Below, in pieces: positions 18,637 through 26,718 of a stretch of 64,000 nt of DNA (position 1 is its first letter; each line of letters opens with the position of its first letter). A program made the translations under genes and the position numbers. This stretch comes from Candidatus Lindowbacteria bacterium RIFCSPLOWO2_12_FULL_62_27 (GTDB lineage Bacteria > Lindowbacteria > 2-12-FULL-62-27): NCBI GenBank assembly GCA_001784175.1, contig MFPR01000033.1:1-64000 (forward strand). The letters run 5' to 3'. The notes under the pieces are model-generated. The model was not told where the DNA came from. It searched no databases and saw only the letters and a list, made by a program, of their open reading frames with translations.

Positions 18637-19211
18637 CCCATCGAAGGATTCTGGCGGTCGGCCGGCGACCGGCCGGCGAGGAGGGCTGCAACGGCCTCCT
18701 CGAGCTCCCGCCGCTGGACGGCGGCCGGGTCAGCGCCTCCGGCGCCCCAAGTGCCGGCGCCTCCGGCGCCGGCCGGGTCCTGCCAGTTGTCGTCCAGGCG
18801 GCCGTGGTAGCGGAGTTTCCGGGCGCGGTCGTAAACGTAGAGGTCGGGCGTGCACTGCGCGTCGTAGGCGCGGGCGGTTTCCTGGCTTTCGTCAAACAGG
18901 TAGGGAAAATTGATCCCCCACTCCTTCACTTTTTTCTTCATCTCCCGCGGGTGATCTTCCGGATAATTCGCGGCGTCGTTCGGATTGATCCCGACCAGTT
19001 GCACGCCGCGGTCCTTGAATCGAGCCTGAAAATCGATCAACCTCGGCCAGATGGCCTGCGCGTAGGGACAATGGTTGCAGGTGAACACGATCACGAGAAC
19101 TTCAGCGCTCTTGAAGCTGGATGGCGAATAATTCACCCCGTCGGTCCCGGGCAGCGAAAAATCAATCGTGCCGGATCCCAGTGGGACTTTCGTCGAATAG
19201 GTCAGAGCCAA
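18615..19211 (-). CDS. Thioredoxin-family (AhpC/TSA-like) protein with a 16-aa insertion
   Basis: FTCNHCPY, YDAQCTPD, YHGRLDD, SMGCSIKW. Confidence 0.92.
   Translation of the reverse strand: MALTYSTKVPLGSGTIDFSLPGTDGVNYSPSSFKSAEVLVIVFTCNHCPYAQAIWPRLIDFQARFKDRGVQLVGINPNDAANYPEDHPREMKKKVKEWGINFPYLFDESQETARAYDAQCTPDLYVYDRARKLRYHGRLDDNWQDPAGAGGAGTWGAGGADPAAVQRRELEEAVAALLAGRSPADRQNPSMGCSIKWK
18722..18779. repeat. 48-bp palindromic unit, copy 1, in frame in the thioredoxin gene
   Basis: CGGCCGGGTC repeated 48 nt apart around AGCGCCTCCGGCGCCCCAAGTGCCGGCGCCTCCGGCGC. Confidence 0.9.
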
Positions 19212-19293
19212 GGCCGTCCACCTCCGCCCCTTTTAACGCCTTGCGAACCTAAGTTATGCTTGTATACGCGCGCGCACACGGGGGGTATTTAAA

Positions 19294-20403
19294 ATGAAAT
19301 CAGTGTTTAAATCAAGTGCCCGGGTCGTGATTGTGGGCGGAGGATTCGCCGGCGCATCGACCGCGTGGTGGCTGAGAAAATTCGGAGAAACCGACTCGCT
19401 CATTCTCGAACGGGAGGTGGGGCCGGGGATGCAGGCCAGCGGGCAAAACGCGGCGATGGCCCGGCAGGCCACGCAGGACCTCTTCATCACGCGACTTCTC
19501 GCCGAGGGCGTCCGGTTCCTCGCAACGCCCCCGCCGGAATTCCGCGCGCCCCGGCCGGTCCTGCGGCGGTTGGGGTCGGCGCTGCTGGGGTCCGACGCCC
19601 AAGTCGGGAAACTGGCGGACGTCCTCCGCCGCGCGATTCCTTCGGACGAATTTGAAATCGGCCCGGCGGCAAACCTCGCAACGCATCCCTACCTGTCCGG
19701 CATCCCGGCGCCGATGGCGCTCTATACTCGAAGCGACGGCATGGTCGATCTCGACGCGCTCCTGTCCGGATTCCTCCGCAACACCGATGTGGCAACGTCG
19801 TGTGCGTTTCTATCCGCGGCCCGCGATCCGGACGGCTGGACGGTTCAAACCTCCCGGGGCGACATCCGGTGCTACACACTGGTGATCGCCGCCGGCGCGT
19901 GGGGGAATCTCTGCGGCTCGGGCGCCGGCGCCGGCCTTCGGCTCCTACGGCCGACCACCCGGCACCTGTTCCAGTCGGTCAGGGGAAAGGATTTTTGTCG
20001 TGACGCGCCTTTTGTGTGGGATACAGCCGCCGAAGTCTATGTCCGCCCGGATGGCGGCGGGTCGCTCTACATGTCGGCCTGCGACCAGGACGACTGCGAT
20101 CCGTCGGCGCCGATCCTGCCATCGAATCGCATCCAGGAAATTCTGCGCGGCAAACTCGCCCGCGCCTTCCCCGCGCTCGCCGCGATCCGATATCACCGCT
20201 ACTGGGTCGGCACGCGAACACTCTCGCCGGACAACCGGTTCGTCATCGGCCCGGACCCGCGCACCGCCGGCCTCTTCTGGGCCGCAGGACTCGGCGGTCA
20301 CGGCGTCACCGCCTCCCCGGCCATCGGCCGCATCGCCGCTCAATCCATCCTCGGCCTTCAAGACCCTCCGCCCGAACTCTCACCCGCGCGGTTCGAAAAA
20401 TAG
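19294..20403 (+). CDS. FAD-dependent oxidoreductase (DAO/D-amino acid dehydrogenase family)
   Basis: VVIVGGGFAG, ASGQNA, VIAAGAW, GLGGHG. Confidence 0.9.
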   Translation: MKSVFKSSARVVIVGGGFAGASTAWWLRKFGETDSLILEREVGPGMQASGQNAAMARQATQDLFITRLLAEGVRFLATPPPEFRAPRPVLRRLGSALLGSDAQVGKLADVLRRAIPSDEFEIGPAANLATHPYLSGIPAPMALYTRSDGMVDLDALLSGFLRNTDVATSCAFLSAARDPDGWTVQTSRGDIRCYTLVIAAGAWGNLCGSGAGAGLRLLRPTTRHLFQSVRGKDFCRDAPFVWDTAAEVYVRPDGGGSLYMSACDQDDCDPSAPILPSNRIQEILRGKLARAFPALAAIRYHRYWVGTRTLSPDNRFVIGPDPRTAGLFWAAGLGGHGVTASPAIGRIAAQSILGLQDPPPELSPARFEK

Positions 20404-20408
20404 GGATA

Positions 20409-20530
20409 AGGTGCCGGACATAGACTTATAGACTTATTGTTGGTCATTCCCTTTCGCTTTGGTGCCATCGCGCTATGAATAAGTCTATAAGTCTATGTCC
20501 GGCACCTATTCGTCCGGCACCTATTCGTCC
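20409..20530. repeat. Palindromic element with 30-bp perfect inverted arms, plus a 15-bp tandem duplication
   Basis: AGGTGCCGGACATAGACTTATAGACTTATT (20409-20438), 39-nt spacer, exact reverse complement (20478-20507); GTCCGGCACCTATTC twice in tandem. Confidence 0.95.
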
Positions 20531-20747
20531 GTCGCGTCTGCGCGACAGGCGTCGCGAATGCGCGACGGCGGGCGCCTGACCCCGTCGCCAAAATCTTCCC
20601 GGGTGTTTTTGCAATCGCTTGTAAATTGCACGGTTGTAAAACTTCGTATCCGCCGGCGGGGTGCGGTCTGGTCCTTGCTGCATCCATCCAAGCCGCCAGA
20701 TGAGGCGGGCAGGTTCACAAGAAAATGATCGCGGGAGGCGAACGGTC

Positions 20748-21515
20748 ATGAACGGATGGATGTACGGAATGTATGCAGGGACATTTATGGGCGGAGTATT
20801 GCTGGGGATGGCGGGACTGAGCGGATGTTCGGGGAAGGTTGAGACGAATCCGGCGGCGGTCGCGAGCGTCAAGCCGGCGATGGAGGCCAAGACCGACGCC
20901 AGGAAGTTCATCAGCACGGAGATGATGTACAACCATGCGCTGGGGCTGTTTGAGGAGGGATCCTACGACGAGGCGGAGAAGGAGTTCGAAGAGGTGTGCG
21001 AAAAGTGGCCCAAGTTTTCGAAGCCCTACAAGCATCTGGCGCGGACGCAGATCAAGCAGGGGAAGCTTGAAGAGGCGCTCGAGAACGCGCTGACCGCGTC
21101 GGAACTCAACCCGAAGGACGGCACAATCGACAACGTGATTGGCATGGCGCTGATGGAGCTGGACGACTTCGATTCGGCCGAGGCGTCGTTCCGGACGGCC
21201 ATCAGCAAGTCGCCGACCTTTTCGTGGGCTTACAATAACCTCGGATACCTGCTGATCCGGAAAGGGGACTTCGTATCGGCGAAGGACATTCTGCTCGAAG
21301 GGAGCAAGGTCGACAATGCACCGGCGGTCCTCTTCAACAATCTGGGAATCGTCCTGGAGAAAACCGGCGACACCGCCGGCGCCATGGAGGCTTACGCGAA
21401 AGCGGTCGAGAAGGACCCCGGCTCCATCAAAGCCACCGGCAATCTGTCGCGACTGGAGACGGACACGCCCGCGGGCAAGAACGGGGAGATCGCGCAAGTC
21501 ATGGAGAGCCGGTGA
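20748..21515 (+). CDS. TPR-repeat lipoprotein
   Basis: Lipobox LSGC, several TPRs (AYNNLG, FNNLG), GGAGG RBS. Confidence 0.88.
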   Translation: MNGWMYGMYAGTFMGGVLLGMAGLSGCSGKVETNPAAVASVKPAMEAKTDARKFISTEMMYNHALGLFEEGSYDEAEKEFEEVCEKWPKFSKPYKHLARTQIKQGKLEEALENALTASELNPKDGTIDNVIGMALMELDDFDSAEASFRTAISKSPTFSWAYNNLGYLLIRKGDFVSAKDILLEGSKVDNAPAVLFNNLGIVLEKTGDTAGAMEAYAKAVEKDPGSIKATGNLSRLETDTPAGKNGEIAQVMESR

Positions 21516-21546
21516 TGATCGCGGGACGCGGCGCTTCCTGCAGAAA

Positions 21547-21590
21547 CCCCCTCACCCCAACCCTCTCCCCCTTTTCAAGGGGGAGAGGGG
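21547..21590. repeat. REP-like hairpin, CCCTCTCCC family
   Basis: CCCCCTCACCCCAA leader then 13-bp stem CCCTCTCCCCCTT-ttc-AAGGGGGAGAGGG. Confidence 0.85.
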
Positions 21591-21615
21591 ATTTCTTTGA
21601 GGGCGGGGCTACGCC

Positions 21616-24600
21616 ATGAACCCCGGAAGAAAAATTTTGGCCATCTGGATCCTCCTCGCCGGATTCGCCATTGCGCTCGCCGGGTACGGCTTGTATAGGA
21701 TGATCGCCACCGGCCTGATCCCATCGCCGTTTCGACGCGCCGCGCCGGCGCGCCCGGCGATCGTCAGCGCTGTCGGCGAACCTGTTCTGCACGGCCCACC
21801 GACGCTGTCGAAGGTCGAACAGATCGATTACGTCAGCGGCGAGTACATTCTGTTTCGGGTCGCGTTCAGCGGCGGGATGGAGGAGGCGGATTTCGACTCC
21901 ATCCAGATTTTCGGCGGACGCGACGCGTCCGGCGCCGCGCTACGTTATTCCTTCGACGTGCGCCAGGAGCGCGAGGCGTGGCTGAGAATCCACGGCATCG
22001 ACACCGGTCTCGTGACGGTGCGGATTCCGGCCGGCGTGCGCGCGAAACACGGCTTGTGGAAGTGGGCCGCCGATTCGGTCGTGACCGTGCCGGTATCGTC
22101 CTACGCACACGTCACGGACATTCGAGCCGAACAGCGCGAAAAGGACATTCTGATCGCCGTTTCGTTTCCCGTGCGCGTCGAGTCTCTGCCAACAAATATC
22201 GATTCCCATATCACTGTGACGCCGGCGGTCAACTTCCGCGCGGAACCGTCCGAAAACCGGGTCCTGCTCATCGGGCCATTCGCGCCGGCCCGCACGTACT
22301 CCGTCCGCGTCCTCCAGGGGTTCGAGCCGCGGCCCGGCATGCGGATGCGCTCGGACCACGCCGGAACCGTGCGAACGCCGGCCGCTGAGCCGTTTCTGAA
22401 ATTCGCGTCGTACCGGACGTACCATTTCCGTGGCGGGCAAATGACGCTGCCGATCGAGCACGCCCACGTCCACACCCTCCGGCTGACCGCCTACCGGGTC
22501 TATCCGAACAACCTGATCGAATATCTCAACCGCCCCAACATGCAGGACCTCGGCGATCCGGTGCGGTCCGACACGGCGACCGTCGCTGAGCCGGAAAAAG
22601 CCGAAGGCCTCACGCGCATCCCACTGGACCGCTGGATCGGCCCATCGGCTCTGGGCGTCTATGAACTCGTGGCCTCCGCCGAGTCCCGGCGGGAGGACGA
22701 ATGGAACGAGGAAGGGTATCTCTCCGCCAGAAAACTCATCGTGGTGACGGACCTCGGCGTCATCGTCAAGTCCGGCGCGCCGGACGCGCCCACCGTAGTT
22801 CTCGTGCGGTCGCTGAAGACTACATTGCCGGTCACGGGCGCGAAGGTTACCGCCTATTCGAGAAAAAACCAGATCGTCGCGGCGGGTGTCACGGACAGGA
22901 TCGGCCGGGCCAGCTTGGAGGGAATCGAGGACAAGGCGAGGCTGATCATCGTGGAAACCGCCGCCGACTGGACCTTCATCCCGCTCGACGGCCCACCGCT
23001 GAACCGGACAGATTTCGACGTGGGCGGCCGGCCGTTTGTCCGGAACCGTTACGAGGCCTTCGTCTATTTCGACCGCGGCGCGTACCGCCCGGGGGATACG
23101 GTCCATTTGAACGCGATCATCCGCGACCCCGGCCGGACCGCGCCGCCGCCAATGCCGGTCGAGATCGCGGTTCTGCGCCCGGACCGGAAACTGTTCCGGA
23201 AATTTGTGTTGATGACGGACGAAAACGGATCTGCCGGTCTCGACCTCGAAATCCCGGCCTACGCGCGGCTCGGCGCCTACGCCGTGTCCGCCGGAATGCC
23301 GGGCGCACGCATGTCGTACGGCAGCGGCGCGTTTTCCGTGGAGGAATTCATGCCGGACCGGATGAAAGTCGATCTGCGGCTGAAATCTCCGAAGATCGAC
23401 GCCGGAAAACCGGCGATGTTTGCCGTGTCGGCCGAACACCTGTTCGGCGGCGCGGCAGCCGGCCGCGCCGTACAAGCGCGCGTTCATCTGAGGTGCACGC
23501 CATTTTCGCCGAAGGGCTTTGAAGATTTCCGGTTCGACCATCCGCTGAACGCGTTTGAACAGGAAGGCGTCTCGCTCAACGACCGGCGGTTGGACACGAA
23601 TGGCGTCGCGGAGTTCTCGTATGAGTTGCCTGCCCATATCAAGCCGTCGGGACGGGTGATGGTCCAAGTCTCCGCGTCTGTGCTCGAAGCGGGCGGACGC
23701 GCGGTGACTGCGACCCGGGAATGGCCGGCCGACGTCTATCCCTATTATATCGGCCTTCGGCTGAACCGCACGCCCGACGCCGGCCATCACTACGAGGTGG
23801 AGGCCGCAGCCGTCCTTCCGGACGGGACGCCCGCCATCCAGGCAGAAACGGCAACCGTGGTCGTGTCGCACCTCGTCTGGCGGTCGAGCCATATCCGCGA
23901 GCCCAACGGGCGGTACCGGTACCAGTCCGTCCGGATCCCGACGGAAATTCACAGGGAAACGCTGATGCTGAAAAACGGCCGGGGGGCGGCCCAGCTCGTT
24001 CTTCCGGAAGGCGGCTATTATTCGGTGGAACTCTTCGGCGTTGCATCCAACCGCGCCGGACTCACCGCCTCGGTGTATGACGACGGGATGGACCACGAGC
24101 CGGACAAAACTCAGCTTGAGAAGCTTGAACTGGACGCCGACCCGCCGGCGTCGGCGTACGTCGTCGGCGAGACCGCCGTGCTCACCGTCCGCGCGCCATT
24201 CCCCGGAAGACTGATCTACGCGCTGGAACAGGACCGGGTGCTCTCGATTCACGAACTGCCGATGCCGAAGACGATCGCACAAATTCCCATTCCCGTCCGG
24301 CCGGCGCATTTGCCGCAGGTATTCGTGTCGGCGCTTGTCGTGCGCGGCGCGTCCAAAAATCTGGACGGCGAAGTCATCCGGGCGATGGGCGTCGTCCGGC
24401 TGAGAATCCGGGAGCCGGACAAGGAGTTGTCCGTCCGGATCGAGGCGCCCGAAACCGTACGGCCCAACGAGCCGTTCACGGCGCTGGTGTTCGCGCGACC
24501 GGCAGCCACGGTGACGGTCGCGGCGGTCGATGAGGGCATCCTGTCGCTCACGGATTTCCAGTCGCCCGATCCGGCCCGCTTCTTCTTCTCCGACCGCCGC

Positions 24601-26718
24601 CACTCGGTGGAAACGTACGACCGGTACGACGATCTCTTTCCGGAATTCAACAGGATTCCCGCGGCAGGGGGTGACACGGCGCGGCGAAAACATCTTCCGC
24701 GGCCCACGGCGCGGCGGGTCGAATCGGCGGTGATCTGGGCGAAGTTCAAAGTGGACGGAACCGGCCGGAAGGAGTTGAAACTGAAAGCGCCGGATTTCAC
24801 GGGCCGACTGCGGTTCATGGTCGTCGCCGCAGGGCGGGCCGGCGTCGGTTCCAGGGAGGCGGTGATGACCGTCCGGGAGCCGCTGATGGTCGAACTGTCC
24901 GCGCCGCGGTTCGCCGCGCCGGGCGACCGGTTCGAGCTGCCGGTAACTGTTTTCAACAGGACTGGCCGGCCCGATACCGTCCAGATTGAGCTTGCCGTTG
25001 CCGACACGTGCACGGCCACGGTTGAGCCCCGCGCCTACAAGGCGATGCTCCTGAACGAATCCGAAACGACGTTCTGGTTTTCCGTCCGGGCGGGTGGCGC
25101 AACGGGTTCGATACAATTTTTGGCCGAGGCCCACGGGACGGCGCATCGGACCCGCCGGCGTGTGAGCGTTCCGTTGCGTCATGCGGCGCCGGCCGTCACG
25201 ACCGTCGAGTCTCTCATCATTCCTCCCGGAAAACGCGGGCAGTTCCGGCTGGCCGGAAAATTCGTCATGGGCGCCGGGGACGCAACGCTGATGGTCACGT
25301 CCAATCCGTTCGTCCGGCTCGCCGGCGCGCTCGACTACGTCGTCCGGTATCCGTACGGCTGCGTCGAGCAGACCACGTCGCAGACGTTTCCGATGCTGTA
25401 TCTCGCGGACCTCGCGGCCGCGGTTCATCCGGGAAAATTTTCGCCGGGGCAGATTCAGACGTACGTTCAGGCGGGAATTTTCCGGGTCCTCAGCATGCAG
25501 ACGGCCGACGGCGGGCTGGCATACTGGCCGGGCAACGCGGAAAGTTATCCGTGGGGAAGTTGTTACGGCGGGCACATGCTGGTGGAGGCGGCACAGGCCG
25601 GATACATGGTCTTTCCGGAATCGCTGGCGCATTTAAAGCAGTATTTGAAAACTCTTTTGGCCGGCAGCGAATCGCCGGACATCCGGGCCTACGCGGCCTA
25701 TGTGCTCGCACTGGCCGGCGAGCGGGTGATCCCCGATCTCGAAAGATTCTCGGCCGACCCGCGCCTGACCGACGCCGGCAGGTTCCATGCGGCGGCTGCG
25801 TACGCTGCGGCCGGGGACATTGCGATGGCCCGGGCGCTGTTTGACGCGGACGCGGTCCGGCAGGACCACCCGGCCGACCGCGAATTGGGCGGGACACTGA
25901 ATTCCGACATCCGGCAGGACGCCGTGATGCTGTCGGCTCTCTTGTCCGTCCATTCGGAGCATCCGCTCATCGCCAAAATCGCCGACCGGATGATTTCCCG
26001 GATGAACCGCGGCCGGTGGCCGAACACGCACGACAACGGATTCGCGCTGATCGCACTGGGCAAACTGGCCCGCGGAATGCGCGGCCGGCCCGCGCATCAT
26101 CCCGGCGAAGTTTTCGCGGATGGCGGAGTGGCGGGCCGGTTCGGGGGCGACACCGTCACACGGTTTCAATTCGACAGCGTCGACACGATCACCGTCGAAA
26201 GCCGCGGACAAGCCGGCATGATGCCGTTGCATGCCGTGCTGACAGCCTCCGGCATTCCCGCGACGCCGGACATGTCGGATCGCTCGGATGGAATGAAGAT
26301 CCGCCGGACATTCCTGACCCCGGGCGGGCGCCGCGCAGATCGTTTCGTGCAGGGAGAACTCTATGTCGCGGAACTGACGGTTCACGGCGACGCGTCGTTT
26401 GAGAATGTCGTCGTGCTGGATCTTCTGCCCGCCGGATTCGAAATCGAAAACCCGAGGCTGGCAACCGCCGCGAAACACGGGCTGGAGGGGTTGCCGGACA
26501 TCGACGATCCGTTTCGGGAGGATTATTTGGAAATGCGCGACGACCGGCTCGCGCTGTTCGGGACCGTTCACCGGCATGGCGGCGCGTTCCGGTATCTGGT
26601 GCGCGCCGTTACGCCCGGCGACTTTGTGCTCCCGCATATCCTTGCCGAATGCATGTACGATCCCTCCAGGTTCGCGCGATCGGGCGCCGGGCGGATCGCG
26701 GTCGACCGTGCGCCGTGA
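21616..26718 (+). CDS. Bacterial alpha-2-macroglobulin (YfhM-like)
   Basis: 1700 aa; DRGAYRPGD, AAVDEGIL, thioester motif YPYGCVEQ, DLLPAGFEIEN; followed by pbpC. Confidence 0.96.
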   Translation: MNPGRKILAIWILLAGFAIALAGYGLYRMIATGLIPSPFRRAAPARPAIVSAVGEPVLHGPPTLSKVEQIDYVSGEYILFRVAFSGGMEEADFDSIQIFGGRDASGAALRYSFDVRQEREAWLRIHGIDTGLVTVRIPAGVRAKHGLWKWAADSVVTVPVSSYAHVTDIRAEQREKDILIAVSFPVRVESLPTNIDSHITVTPAVNFRAEPSENRVLLIGPFAPARTYSVRVLQGFEPRPGMRMRSDHAGTVRTPAAEPFLKFASYRTYHFRGGQMTLPIEHAHVHTLRLTAYRVYPNNLIEYLNRPNMQDLGDPVRSDTATVAEPEKAEGLTRIPLDRWIGPSALGVYELVASAESRREDEWNEEGYLSARKLIVVTDLGVIVKSGAPDAPTVVLVRSLKTTLPVTGAKVTAYSRKNQIVAAGVTDRIGRASLEGIEDKARLIIVETAADWTFIPLDGPPLNRTDFDVGGRPFVRNRYEAFVYFDRGAYRPGDTVHLNAIIRDPGRTAPPPMPVEIAVLRPDRKLFRKFVLMTDENGSAGLDLEIPAYARLGAYAVSAGMPGARMSYGSGAFSVEEFMPDRMKVDLRLKSPKIDAGKPAMFAVSAEHLFGGAAAGRAVQARVHLRCTPFSPKGFEDFRFDHPLNAFEQEGVSLNDRRLDTNGVAEFSYELPAHIKPSGRVMVQVSASVLEAGGRAVTATREWPADVYPYYIGLRLNRTPDAGHHYEVEAAAVLPDGTPAIQAETATVVVSHLVWRSSHIREPNGRYRYQSVRIPTEIHRETLMLKNGRGAAQLVLPEGGYYSVELFGVASNRAGLTASVYDDGMDHEPDKTQLEKLELDADPPASAYVVGETAVLTVRAPFPGRLIYALEQDRVLSIHELPMPKTIAQIPIPVRPAHLPQVFVSALVVRGASKNLDGEVIRAMGVVRLRIREPDKELSVRIEAPETVRPNEPFTALVFARPAATVTVAAVDEGILSLTDFQSPDPARFFFSDRRHSVETYDRYDDLFPEFNRIPAAGGDTARRKHLPRPTARRVESAVIWAKFKVDGTGRKELKLKAPDFTGRLRFMVVAAGRAGVGSREAVMTVREPLMVELSAPRFAAPGDRFELPVTVFNRTGRPDTVQIELAVADTCTATVEPRAYKAMLLNESETTFWFSVRAGGATGSIQFLAEAHGTAHRTRRRVSVPLRHAAPAVTTVESLIIPPGKRGQFRLAGKFVMGAGDATLMVTSNPFVRLAGALDYVVRYPYGCVEQTTSQTFPMLYLADLAAAVHPGKFSPGQIQTYVQAGIFRVLSMQTADGGLAYWPGNAESYPWGSCYGGHMLVEAAQAGYMVFPESLAHLKQYLKTLLAGSESPDIRAYAAYVLALAGERVIPDLERFSADPRLTDAGRFHAAAAYAAAGDIAMARALFDADAVRQDHPADRELGGTLNSDIRQDAVMLSALLSVHSEHPLIAKIADRMISRMNRGRWPNTHDNGFALIALGKLARGMRGRPAHHPGEVFADGGVAGRFGGDTVTRFQFDSVDTITVESRGQAGMMPLHAVLTASGIPATPDMSDRSDGMKIRRTFLTPGGRRADRFVQGELYVAELTVHGDASFENVVVLDLLPAGFEIENPRLATAAKHGLEGLPDIDDPFREDYLEMRDDRLALFGTVHRHGGAFRYLVRAVTPGDFVLPHILAECMYDPSRFARSGAGRIAVDRAP

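Noticed and set aside
20409-20507. Mini CRISPR array (30-bp repeat, 39-nt spacer)
   Set aside because: The repeats are inverted, not direct, and copies are dispersed
21940-25632. 1230-aa minus-strand ORF and similar long antisense ORFs (e.g. 8714-10381, 41957-43993, 58140-60005)
   Set aside because: Each overlaps a well-supported gene on the opposite strand and has shadow-like composition
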